Shown in pieces: positions 15,301 to 26,407 of a DNA stretch of 64,000 bases. The first letter of the stretch is position 1. Each line of letters starts with the position of its first letter. The stretch is from assembly GCA_051362555.1 (NCBI GenBank), contig CM120640.1:31329967-31393966 (forward strand), in the 5' to 3' direction. Source of the stretch: Lingula anatina (lineage: Eukaryota; Animalia; Brachiopoda). Position numbers and translations under genes: made by a program. Below the pieces are notes generated by a model. It ran no database searches and had not been told where the DNA came from. It worked only from the letters and a program-made list of their open reading frames with translations.

Positions 15301-15696
15301 AAAAAAAAAAAAAAAAAATTAGGTGCCACAGATTTTGGATGCAGTTTGGCTTCAGTTTTTCTTCACTGCAGCCCTATTTGTCAATCAACGCACATGTGGA
15401 GGTTTTGTTTAATTGACTGATAAACTGCTCATGTACATGTTACAGCTCTGGCTTTGGAATATTGTGGATTTAATGGGAAGACTGAATTTTAAACCTGTTT
15501 CTTACAGGATTGTGCCCATTTTCTTTAACTTTAAAGATCTATGCATTTGTATTGTTACACTTGGAGTCCATTCAGCTGAGTTAGGGGTCAACCAGTGCAT
15601 TTTCCAGAGCAGCAGCAATTACAAGTTAAAAATGTTAACTTTTTATGTAGACTGTATGTGTGTATATATATTAAAATGTAAACTTTTTATATACAG

Positions 15697-15744
<48 letters not shown>

Positions 15745-15925
15745 GTAAAATGTAAACTTTTTATATACAGACTGTGTACTTTATCAACTTATGACCAAAA
15801 AATTGAAGAAGTTTTAAAGCTGTCTTTCTGCTGAGCAAGAGAGTAACTTGGCTTATGACTTGCAATGCTGTCTTTATTTTAGTTGTATAAGAAACTAGTA
15901 GAGGTGGTTTGTATGTGTTACTGGA

Positions 15926-15964
<39 letters not shown>

Positions 15965-18900
15965 GGTTTACCAGGCCAATGCATATATATAATTAAATAT
16001 ATATAAAACAGAAATTATATTACAATCTTAGGTTCGAAAATGAAATAAAATAAGCCTTCAAATGAGTCTGTACATTGGTGTTTCACATCTGCTGCCTGAG
16101 TTTGTGGTTAGTATAATAGGTGACTTAATTCTTTAGATGTGCTAGTCATCATGCCCAAATTGAAAGCTCTTTATAACTCATTTTTAGCAACTTGTATGTG
16201 TTATTATTTCTTTGATATACATAATCCAGCTGGTGGTACATACCCAGGAGGTGGTGTGGCCCACAGGTTCTAAACCCCTAGATACCATGATGACTTAAAG
16301 ATACAGCTGCTGCATAATTGGCTTCAAACACATTGAAGTCATCTGTCTGGCTAAAATACAGGTCAAGTCAAAAGATTGGCCTGATTTTTTCATCAAAAGT
16401 TTTGCAATTTTTTTTTTTTAATTATCGTGATCATCATCATCATCAACAACAACAACATCATTATTATTAGGACTTGTTTGCTACACATTTTGTCAGCATG
16501 TAATTAGTTTCCTAGTTTTGCACTGCTTTCATATGTAAAGTACATATTCAATTATATATTCTAGCCAAATGCTTGAGTAACAATGTTGACTTGTTCTTCA
16601 GATCGCATTACATACTTGGATACTTTGTTGTCCTTGATCTATTTAACAATATTGTATTTAACATTTATGCAGAGCTTTCCCAAGTCAGACTTGCTGTTTG
16701 ATGCAGAAACCCTTGGGAGTGGTACTTTCTTCCCTGAGCTGGCTGATCCCGAGCATTGCAATGCCCATGCCACTGCACTGTATGAACTGCACACCCTCAG
16801 AGTAAGTTTATATAGTAAACAAAGAGTCTTATGTGGTTATCTGTAATTGTAAAAATTATAAACCTAGTTTTAATGCAGTTCTCATTCCATATAGAATATT
16901 TCATTAGGTCATAGTTTTCAAAAAATGTGCTTATATCATATAAATACACAAATAGATAAATGATGAAATATACTTCTAATGTTGAATGAGTGAGATCTAA
17001 GACTTGTTAAAATTCCTGCATAATTACGATCAGTTCATCACAAATAAAGGGTTCAAAAGATTTGGGTTCATTCCTTTGTAATACTCCTACCACCAAAATG
17101 TTCTCATTTCTCATTCATATATCATGAAATACAAAAATAAGATATCGTGTTCCATCAGAATTATCTTTGACAAAATAGTGGGAATGTAAAGATTATGGAA
17201 GTGAAAGCAGTTACTGAAGTCATTGAATATTGTGGAATAGCCCTTGAGCAATGTTGGTAGGGGTTGGTTTGTCTTCTTTCCATTAAATTCAAGCATTGAG
17301 CTTGGCGACTTTCTGTGCAATGTTTGCCTGGTAAATTTGTCAAAGCTGATATATTCGAAAGCAATGTTAAGCCGTACTTCCAATGGTAATGGACTATACT
17401 CCCTGGAGTAATTCAGCTATCACAAATTATTGATATTGAGTTACTTCTGCTCTGTGATATACTTCATTTAGTGTGCAGTGTAATTGTAGTGATTGCTCCA
17501 GGTGATGGCTATAATTATGGCTTTCTGCAAAGCAGCAAAATACATCGGGGGTACATTGGAAATATTGAAAGTATTTGATGAATATGTATTTGCTTTGAAA
17601 AAAATCCTTGTGGTCCAAAAATTTGCGGGATTGTTGGACTTCAAAATGCCTGTGAGAATAATAACAGTGGAGATGTCAATTTGTACTATCAGTTTGAGGT
17701 GAATTCTCCCATCAGAAATCAACTTTTACGCACATCAGGCCCTGCCGTCATAAATAATAATTTCAATTTGTGACTTAGAACTGCAAATAAGTGATTTCGA
17801 TCATGATTTACTGCCTTGAACTGATTTTTCATGTATAAATACTAACTGTCAGCATTGCCTTTTTGGCCACAAACAGTTTGTTATTGGATGGATTTTACTC
17901 GGGTCTCTTGCAGTATACAGACTGGTTCTTTTTCTTAACTGCAAACTCTGGTAGAAGATACCAAGTACAACCAAATGCATGTTAGACCTTTTGGAGATTC
18001 AAACTAAAAAAAAGAGTAATATTTTCTCTTCTTTCTCCAATGATAATGAAAGAGATAAGCTTCTTAATGTTTACACCAAGGCATACTCAAGTGGCTTGAG
18101 TGCAATTAGACTCTGTTCCCATACCTGGGTCAATCTAGCAGGATCAACCCATCCCCGAGGGGTTTCTCGCTAAAGTACATTCAGCTAAAGTGGTTTAGAT
18201 GTCTGGCATGCCTACTGAAACTGTTAGGGGGTAATTAACTATCCTTAAGCAGCTTCAGTAGGCATTCCAGACATCAGAGCCTCTTAAGCTGAATGCAGTT
18301 TAGCAAGTGACCCCTCGGAGATGGGTCAATCCTGCTAGATCAATCTAGTCATGGGAATGGGGTCTAAAAGGGGGAAATGATATGTATAGTTATATATATG
18401 TAGTTGCCACTCAGTGCTTGGACAACATGACACATGTGGCTCATGTGGAAAATGTGTACAGTAGAAGCCTGGAGTTTACTTTGTAATGGTCAAATATTTT
18501 TCTCTGAATTAACATTATCATTGAAAATAAACAAAGTGCTTCAAAATGAATCAAACAAATGCATTTCTGTAATCAACTATTCCTACTTTGTATCAGTATG
18601 AGAGTAATGCATTCTCAGCATCTCTGGCACATTGGGAACTTACTGAACAGGCAGGTGACAAGTTTAAAGCTCAAGTTTATAAAATTGAGATGGAATATTT
18701 AAGAAATTATAAATTGTAAAATTGTTATAAAATTTTAATTGATTTATATTCATTTAGAGACACTATCACCCAGTGGTGAGGAAATATGGCAATCACATCT
18801 GCCACGGAGCCCCTTCCTCAGGAAATGGTCAGCTTCCACTTGAGATGACAAAACTGTAAGTTATATTATATCATAGTTTAATGAATTTTTTCTCTTTTTC

Positions 18901-21616
18901 TCTTTGTAAGCATTTTTATTGAGCAAGTTCCAAAGAATCTGTAAGATTGTCTTTTTATTTGTTGTTACTATATACTGACATTGCTCATATTAACTATGAA
19001 ATTGGAAAATTATATTGCCAATTTACATGTTATACGTATTTCATTTTGTAGTTTCAATGTGTTTTTTAGTGTCACATTGACATGATTTTTGTACCACCAG
19101 AATACGTAGTTAAAATGGGGGTTACTTTGGCTTTAAATGTGTATTTCCCGTTAAATATGTTCATATATGTGTTTTACTATAAAATACATGCCATAAAACA
19201 TAACCCAAGCTTTAATAAAATCCATGACTTTTCAGCTTTCATTAATTGTTAAAAATAAGCTTCAAATATTGTTAGAGAGTTGTAGGCAAACTGTGTGGCT
19301 TTCATATAAACCAAATTTTTAGCTAGTTGTCCATGTCAGCTCCAGGAAAATACTGTTTTAAGAGGGGCAAACCCATTTACTAAAGGATAAGGTCTTGCCA
19401 AAGGCCACCACATTTAGTCAAGTGCTCTACTGAGATTAAAACATTTGTGGAGTAAATGTGTATCTACAAAAGAAAATTACCCTCTTTTGACACAGTGCTC
19501 TGCAAATTTGAGGCATGTTTTGAGCAGTTAATCAATTGTGTATATGTTCTTGGAATTGGTTTCCACTTAACAACTGCCCTAACCAACAAGTCAGATGTCA
19601 GAAAAGTTGCATATTTTACTCATCTGAGCATAGGTGACTTTATTTCTTACAATTGAGGCCCTCTTCTGGGTTTTCCGGAAGACAATCAGATTTTTCTAGT
19701 TTGCAATGATGGGTAACTCATTTTTTCTGTTGGAAGACATTCAAAAAATGGAGGATGGATCAAAGATGATTTGGAAGACTGTCAGAAAATGTCTCTGGAT
19801 CCACCCCTGTTTTAGTATCATTTTGTATTCATTATATTAAATTGTGATTATATCTAACATTATTATATCTAACATAAACTTGGATAATAAGTCAGTGAAA
19901 TTAACAACTTGAAAAAACTTATGTGACTGTCATACTTCTGCTTGACTGTAGCTTCTTGTATGTGCTGTACTACAGATGTTAAATCCTCTACTTGAAATTT
20001 ATGTTAAGTTTATATGAAGTGGTACATTCATGTTGTAGGTCACGTTTTAATGTTAGCAATTGCTGCACTGTCAGTTGCTGTTTCTAGTTAGAATAATGAT
20101 ACTGTAAGAACATAATATCTCAACAAACCTTTGTGTGCACGCACAAAGCTTTTACAAACTTCTCCCACATATTTTAAGCCAAAATATATTAAATTTTATG
20201 TTGTGATAGACCTTTTATTTGCTTTAATTTATCAGTTGTGTTTTCTTTTAGTAGGATCTTGAGGATATCTTACACAATGCTGACCTGACATGATGTGAAA
20301 TATGCGATTTTTTTTGTGATTGAAATGGGACATATTTTAATACTTTTTTGTGCTTTCTCATTGGGTTTTTGATAAAACAGCTAAGTAATAAGTTTGATAT
20401 ATAATTTCACTTTAAGGAGTCCAGAAGAGCTGTACAATGCATACGATGCAGGTCTTATGAAATTCATCCCAGACCTACCAAAGGAAGCCCCCAAAACCAA
20501 GAGAGTACAGGTCAGTAATAGCGAGTTCTTAGATGATGGATTCACAACAACTACGAGCATATATTCAACTAAGTCCAATAAGATTTTTTATATAATTACT
20601 CACCAGATAAATCACAAATAATGTCTGGACATTATTGTGGCTATGTTTTATTGAAGATCCAGGGACTTTCCTTTTCTTAATGTAATGGACAGGGAAATCA
20701 TTGTGGCATATGTCAGCCTTTGCTGATGTTAACTCAAGGTCCTTTTTGTTTTATTTTGTTTTTCCTTCAGGGGAGATGTTAATTGAAATTGTCTAGTGAA
20801 AATGAAAATTATTATACCAAAACACCCAAATAGCATTTTCACTTATTCCCATATGTACTCCAGTCCTTTTTGTGTATAGTACAGTTACACGCGTGAAAGG
20901 AATTGATGAGGATGCTGACAGTTCCATAAAAGACTGTGCAGTTTGTCACGTCAAGCCGTGGGAGTACACTGTGCATGTGATAGCACTAATCCCAGCATGC
21001 CTGACTGGCCTCATGTGGGAGCCATGAAATGTCTTTCACTTTGACTGACTTCATTCTTTTTCCACTCCAAAGCAGGCTTATAATGCCTCCCATACACATT
21101 AATCTCCTCCTATAACATGTTCCTTCACATGGGGCTACTGCTCCAGTACTGATAACACCACCAGATCAGACCCCACCGTGACCAGAGATCACACAGACTT
21201 AATCACTGCTCGTGTAATATGATTGCACTTAAAGCAACTAGTCTTCTTTCAATTTTTTGTTTGCGATGCAAGAGATTGAGAGTCTGGGTGAGATCTTGTA
21301 GTATTGAATGCCCGTTACATAGATGTATACATGATTTAGTTAGTGGAGAGAAGTCGTGCGGGCTCAACCATGTAGTTGTTGTGCTTTAGAAAAAAATTAA
21401 AGATTACTCATGTTTCTGTAATATATGTCTGTATTTTACCATATTTGTTTCCAGGTGCCATATGATGAATTTGTGCAGGACAGTCTCACTCAGGATGCCA
21501 GCAATCTGTTGGAGAACAGTTCTCTCGGGAATATTTCCATGACAACAGACTTTTATTCTGGAAATAAGAAGAGAACTAAAAAGCAACAATTAAAATGTTC
21601 TAAGAAAATTAGGTGA
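265..21616 (+). CDS. NOC3L: Nucleolar complex protein 3 homolog, 3' part (15 coding exons, 533 aa in window; 5' exons upstream of window)
   Basis: Exons 265-435, 768-887, 1521-1592, 2047-2103, 3090-3215, 3981-4061, 5617-5717, 6325-6397, 6661-6796, 7057-7127, 15114-15224, 16673-16801, 18758-18855, 20417-20510, 21455-21616 all have AG/GT borders and join into one open frame (1602 nt incl. TGA). Motifs typical of Noc3/CBF-Mak21: [107 protein letters not shown]. Confidence 0.96.
768..887 (+). CDS. NOC3L: NOC3L exon ([26 protein letters not shown]...)
   Basis: ctttag acceptor, GTGAGG donor, conserved HxNFNFR motif. Confidence 0.93.
1521..1592 (+). CDS. NOC3L: NOC3L exon ([24 protein letters not shown])
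   Basis: tttcag acceptor, GTAAAT donor. Confidence 0.92.
2047..2103 (+). CDS. NOC3L: NOC3L exon ([19 protein letters not shown])
   Basis: ttttag acceptor, GTAGGA donor. Confidence 0.9.
3090..3215 (+). CDS. NOC3L: NOC3L exon ([12 protein letters not shown]...MSRKERK)
   Basis: tattag acceptor, GTAAGA donor. Confidence 0.92.
3259..3354. repeat. (CA)n microsatellite
   Basis: ~48 uninterrupted CA units in NOC3L intron. Confidence 0.98.
3981..4061 (+). CDS. NOC3L: NOC3L exon ([27 protein letters not shown])
   Basis: atacag acceptor, GTGAGT donor, coiled-coil segment. Confidence 0.92.
5617..5717 (+). CDS. NOC3L: NOC3L exon ([17 protein letters not shown]...VLEGLAK)
   Basis: ttgtag acceptor, GTAAGT donor, phase 0/2. 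Confidence 0.94.
6325..6397 (+). CDS. NOC3L: NOC3L exon ([24 protein letters not shown])
   Basis: ttgcag acceptor, GTAATT donor, phase 2/0. Confidence 0.94.
6661..6796 (+). CDS. NOC3L: NOC3L exon ([29 protein letters not shown]...)
   Basis: tactag acceptor, GTAAGA donor, phase 0/1. Confidence 0.94.
7057..7127 (+). CDS. NOC3L: NOC3L exon ([24 protein letters not shown])
   Basis: ttttag acceptor, GTAAGT donor, phase 1/0. Confidence 0.92.
9473..11527. mobile_element. Non-autonomous Kolobok-like DNA transposon
   Basis: TTAA on both flanks (9469-9472, 11528-11531); short imperfect TIRs GGAGGGAATGTA / revcomp GGAGCGGATGTA (10/12); purine-purine termini; interior visibly richer in CpG than the host intron. 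Confidence 0.72.
11965..12200 (+). mobile_element. Possible 3' remnant of a LINE (L2/Rex1-Babar/CR1-like ORF2 C-terminus)
   Basis: Translation ...[17 protein letters not shown]... resembles the I..DPSHP motif at the end of such ORF2s; degenerate. Confidence 0.35.
13356..13590 (-). mobile_element. L1/Tx1-clade LINE reverse transcriptase remnant
   Basis: Minus strand 13445-13356 reads [30 protein letters not shown] (DFEKAFD RT motif); decayed GFISG segment just upstream. Confidence 0.8.
14760..14905 (+). mobile_element. Partial Helentron-associated (HINE/DINE-like) element
   Basis: AAAATTT..CAAAAT...TTTTGAG.TAT followed by (CAAA)n, same layout as the 59800-60053 copy. Confidence 0.4.
15114..15224 (+). 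CDS. NOC3L: NOC3L exon ([19 protein letters not shown]...)
   Basis: long pyrimidine tract + tag acceptor, GTAAGT donor. Confidence 0.94.
15628..15778. repeat. Minisatellite of three AAAATGTAAACTTTTTATATACAGACTGT units with embedded (TG)n(TA)n
   Basis: Three copies at ~15628, ~15673, ~15747 separated by variable dinucleotide tracts. Confidence 0.85.
15926..15963. repeat. (AAT)n microsatellite
   Basis: direct reading. Confidence 0.95.
16673..16801 (+). CDS. NOC3L: NOC3L exon ([31 protein letters not shown]...)
   Basis: atgcag acceptor, GTAAGT donor. Confidence 0.94.
18106..18367. mobile_element. Palindromic (foldback) MITE
   Basis: ~125-bp arms are imperfect reverse complements around a tiny central spacer (~18236); ends TAGAC...GTCTA, compatible with TA target site. 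Confidence 0.8.
18758..18855 (+). CDS. NOC3L: NOC3L exon ([27 protein letters not shown]...)
   Basis: atttag acceptor, GTAAGT donor, phase 0/2. Confidence 0.93.
19655..19809 (-). mobile_element. Decayed copy of the hAT-like MITE at 42264-42431
   Basis: Aligns along its length to the reverse complement of 42264-42431; retains one end CTGGATCCACCCCTG. Confidence 0.8.
20417..20510 (+). CDS. NOC3L: NOC3L exon ([22 protein letters not shown]...)
   Basis: tttaag (AAG) acceptor, GTCAGT donor, phase 2/0. Confidence 0.85.
21455..21616 (+). CDS. NOC3L: NOC3L terminal coding exon ([11 protein letters not shown]...KKIR*)
   Basis: ttccag acceptor, in-frame TGA, AATAAA downstream at 21800. Confidence 0.8.
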   Translation: MPYDEFVQDSLTQDASNLLENSSLGNISMTTDFYSGNKKRTKKQQLKCSKKIR

Positions 21617-21799
21617 AAAGGAATCACCTTATAAACACAGCTTGCAAATTCTGTACAAGAGGCTTTGATATATATTTTTAATAATAAGTTTCATCAAGAA
21701 CTGTCAGTGCTATAGCAGTGAAATTGCTCTAGTAAAGATATACATTGAAGAAATGATAGACGGCTATATTTTACTCTTATTCTTTCTTGAAAAATATGA

Positions 21800-21805
21800 A
21801 ATAAA
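21800..21805 (+). terminator. Candidate polyadenylation signal of NOC3L
   Basis: AATAAA ~185 nt after the stop; a second AATAAA at 21966. Confidence 0.5.
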
Positions 21806-23087
21806 GAGTATTTTGTATAAGTGAAATTGGACCATGATACCCTACTAAAAACACCCAGTCATGAGACTTGATTGATAGACAAAAGGTATTTCTGAGGGCC
21901 AAACTGAGAAATATGAAGCTTTTTTACAAATTATGCTGTGTTGAAGGATAACGTTTATAACACCTAATAAAAATAATGACAAAGAAAGTCAAGTGTTTTT
22001 AAGTGCAGTATAACTCGATACCAAAGGTATCATATTTCCCATCATGTTTTTTTCTTGTACTCTATTTAATGCCCTGCACTTCTTTAAAAGCGCATCTACT
22101 AAGCAGTGTACTCACTTCAGTACCCTATAACTACAGCCAGTGCAGGAGTATGTGGTTAAGGAGTGAACTGGATCAGAGAAGTTTGTGGTTAGAGGCAAAT
22201 TATGTAAACAGAGCATATCCTTTCTATTAAGACCTTATGATAGAGTTAACATTTGACGCAGGTGCTGTGCAATGAAATCGTAACGGTTTTTGAGTGATTT
22301 TTTAGTCTTTATTTATTTATTTATTTTTTTAATTTATTTATTATTTTCTGTTGGCGTGTATGTATACATCATGTACAGCTGCCGTGCCATTTCTCTGACA
22401 GAGCCTTGAGGTCCGGTAAGGAAAAATAGGTTTGTCGGCTGAAAAGTGGTTATACGGAGCCCTTTCGATCTCAGTGCACTTGCTGCACGTCCTCTGTGCA
22501 GCTTCCTTGAAGAGCGAAGGGCCTACGTTGTCCCTTCTGCCCCCCCCCCCCCTTCCCATGATTTACAATGCCCACGTGGTCAGTATAAGGAAACACACTC
22601 CTTCAAATTCATGCAAGTGAATTACACTTAAACTAAGTTTGAAATATCTTCACTATGATTATGCTTCCTAAAACTACATAAGTTGGAAAGGAAAGAAAAT
22701 AGACCAACAATATGTTCAACTATTGTCAGGATCACCACATGTCCCCCGAACAATACCTGTACGGGAACTTACTGTGCAATGCCATATTGCCACGGGCTTA
22801 AGATTTTGATGATGAATTTAATTTTGAATGCCCATAGAACGTCATTTTCCTCGGAAAAAAATTATCAAACCATTTATCTTTTTAGACTCATTATGCTGAA
22901 TTCCCAAATTCTTAAAACAAAGCATTGTGCAATTCTGTCATGTTTAGACATTAGACATTCTGAACTTTTGCAAGAAAGTAGTAGACCTTTAATGTTCTAA
23001 AATTAAACAAAATCACAAATGTAACATTTCCAGTGTAGTAAGCAGCAAGTGGTAATACTTAATAAATCAGATCACGCTGAACGTCAG

Positions 23088-23095
23088 TGACGTCA
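23088..23095. promoter_or_regulatory. Perfect CRE palindrome TGACGTCA with adjacent half site
   Basis: ACGTCAGTGACGTCA at 23081-23095 near the start of the CpG-retaining domain. Confidence 0.35.
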
Positions 23096-26000
23096 ATATC
23101 CACTTAATTAACCTAATTACCCCCGCTCCCGTGCTTTTGTTAACTCCTGAAGAGATGAAACTGCCCATGAAATATCTAAAAATCGTCAGAGAGTGAGATT
23201 CAAATGTAGGATCTTTTGTTTCAGTCCAGTACACAATGTATATTGCGGCCTAGTTTCAGTGTTCCAGACGCGTGTAACCTCCCAATGCGAGCATAGGAGG
23301 AAATGAAGACACTTGAGCTATCTGGCATCTCACGCTTTACTCGAGAGAAAAAAGGTGATCGACATCCGTATCGTTATGTACTGTACAAAATTTTTTTCAA
23401 ACAGCGTGCTTTTAGTGGGATAGAATATATGGTTATTCGTTACTTGAGCTTCTGTGTAGAGCAGGGCTTTTTTTTACATGTACCACTTAATTGCATTGTC
23501 CGTTATGTAAAGATGTTAATTTGTTAGGTGCTCTTTCAAAAACTTTCGTGCAATGTGAAATAAATTCTGCTTTTTGGACTAGTCATTAGTGCTAGTGGCT
23601 GCTCTCAATTTGATGTGAGGTGTTTTTTTTTTAAATCGAAGCTATTTTAGGGTATTGGCTCGCGTGTTTTACATCTTATTCTTCGACTTTGTACATGTGG
23701 CTTTTGTGGATTGTAAGCGTTTGCCACGGAATTTATGATTGCAGTTTGTCTTTGTGAAACTAAATGACTAATACTAACCCAGTCTCCATAATTTTTTATT
23801 ATTTTGAATGTGTATTTGTGGTAACAATAGGAGGCAGAAATAACTTGGAAAGTGGAAATTGTCGACTGCGTTGAATACCTGACCATTTCAATATTTTATA
23901 TAATAGTAATAATCAAGACCCCGAAAAAATTATTTTGGATGCGGCACATAAGAATGCGTACAGTTAATTTGAGGAACTAAATGTTAAGTTAAAGAGTTAA
24001 TGAGTGTGAAGATGAGTTCTGGTTGCGAGTAGAAAAAAATGAAGAGAGAAAAGTTGCGCATGTGTTGTCAAAACAGACTTAAACAATTGCTTTCTACGCA
24101 AATCTAGAATTCTCTATCCTAATTCAAAAATAATTGACGGCTGAGAAATATATAGGCGATACGCAAAATAAAAGAATTCGAGTTACCCTGGATCCAGGGT
24201 CAGTTTCTTTGAAGACGCCAAAGCCATTGAAATGTCATAAAAGTCGGGGTTCGATTTTATATATCTGGGGTCTTAAGTCATTTAAAGTCAATGTAAGTTG
24301 GGAGGTCATTCGCATTTACTTAAAGGGATTCTTCGGGGATCAAAGCTACCATGAAAAAAAAGAAAAAACTTCAATCCGATAGAGCTTAGGTAAGATGTAA
24401 GCTTTAGGGAGGTAAATCCACGTGGGTGAGTTTGGTAGGGGGTCCTTTGGCACATCGCCGTGGGGTAAACTTTTGTTTCTATTTTTCAAATTAAGGATAA
24501 GAGCTTGTTGTCTGACACATTAAGATCGTGACACCTTCTCCAAAGCGTGATTGAGACTTTGGCGGCAAATTTTCACAGTGAATTGTTGCAGCATATTACG
24601 TGACATCTTGTATAATCTCTGCTACACGCTTTCCTGAGCATTTCTTGATAACAAGCAAATCGTATCATGACCGTTGTCTTTTAAACGTATTACTAATATT
24701 GATTCGGGATAGCATAGATAGAATAAACCTCTACTAATTACAAACACCCAAGACGCAGAAGTGAGAAACAAAGTTATAGGTCGATCTTAATGACTTGTTT
24801 GGATTTTTTTTTTCACGATCAAAACGCTGCTATTGAACCTGGTAATCTTAGATGAACTTTGTCCGAAATTTTCTCGCAAACACATCAAACCATGTTTTCA
24901 TGCTTTCAAGGTGGAAGATTTCCCCTAAATTGATGTTTTCTGTCCGTCTTTCGTGCTTGGTCATTTCTGTTGCACTGCGAATGTGCATCTTTTTTTCCGC
25001 TGTACACAAAACGGCAAACTTCCTTGTAACGAAAATAATAGAAATGTAACTGAGATTAAGCATATTATGATCATCTACTGTATATTAAGAATTAATAATC
25101 AATAACACTTGTATCGTTACTATTAGGCCTACATCAGGTGGATAAAAAACGTACCTAAATGAGCTTTTCATCTCTAAACATCTATCCAATTAATCCCATG
25201 AAATTTGCCTCTATTCTGCATCAACTATTGCTTCCGTTACATCACTGTGTGATTGCAACAGCTCCATACCTTTTGCGCGCAGTGCAAAAATTCATAAAAA
25301 AAAAAAAAAAAAAAAGCCAATGCTGAAATATATTGAGCGTTTCCCAGTCCCACCTGTTATTTCTTAGAAAAGCCAGTTAACCTGTCTTCCGTGCACCCAA
25401 AGACCGTTCTTGGTGTATAACCTCTAACAAGGGAAATATATTAACTATCCCCGGCCATAGGGAGATACTGATGTGACGGTCCGCTGATTTATATTTCTTG
25501 GATTAACACAGAAGTTCTGCGACCAGCCTGTTTTTTTAAGACTACAGAATAGATAATACTTTCTGGGAAGACGAATTTGTTTCAAAATTAAGAAATATTG
25601 TACTGTGTTTTTGATAATAATATCAACACTGTAGAAGTAGACCTATATGGTTCTATGGAAGGAAAACGTAGGCGGCCGAAACACAACTGCAGAAACAGAC
25701 GTGACCAAAAGGTATTCATTTATTCAAAATTGAACTTCGCTTTAATAGATTTTATGTAAAATAAATTAGTTGACCATATTTTACAAACCAGATCATAATG
25801 TGATGAAAACAAACCATAAAGGTAACTTTCAACTGCAATCTAGTTTTCTCGCGACAGCCTGAGCCCTTGACACCGGTTATCTTTTCATTTTCTGAAAATA
25901 ACCACATGTAACCTCATTAGTCCTGCACCGTCCTGCTTGGAATTAACCACGAAACATTCTATTACACCATTGACTTTTTCGACCGTGATTTTTGTACGTA

Positions 26001-26356
26001 GTAAGGCATTAATTAAGTAAAAGAAAACACAAACCGACCAAAAATATTAACATGTAATTGTATTGAGCGAGATTCCAATTAATTGTAGTTGATGTATTTT
26101 GAGAAATCACGAGTCGAGCTTGAGGGAGTTTTTAATCTATCCATAATATGAAGCCTAACACCCACTAACGTCCTTTTTAAATCTCAGTGGTATTAGAAAA
26201 TTGCTTGTTCCTACTCTTTATGCCCGAAGACTTTGAAGATTATAACTCGCCTTTACAAGTTCTTTGCAAATTACTTCAGCATGTTGCTAAGGTAAAATTT
26301 CATCATTGTTGTGATTGTTAATAAATGTGTTGTTTCTCTTCTTATTTATTTATTTA

Positions 26357-26357
<1 letters not shown>

Positions 26358-26407
<50 letters not shown>
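26358..26407. repeat. (ATT)n microsatellite
   Basis: direct reading. Confidence 0.95.

Noticed and set aside
8358-16990. Box C motifs (RTGATGA at ~8359, 8880, 16287, 16959) as possible intronic C/D snoRNAs in a ribosome-biogenesis host gene
   Set aside because: No suitably placed box D (CTGA) with a terminal stem found by eye; a snoRNA covariance search would be needed
22150-22200. tRNA/SINE-like head (GTGGTTAAGGAGT...)
   Set aside because: No B box or cloverleaf could be formed
24421-24470. Resemblance to the reverse complement of 11270-11322 in the Kolobok-like element
   Set aside because: Short gapped match of modest identity, not extendable; could be chance
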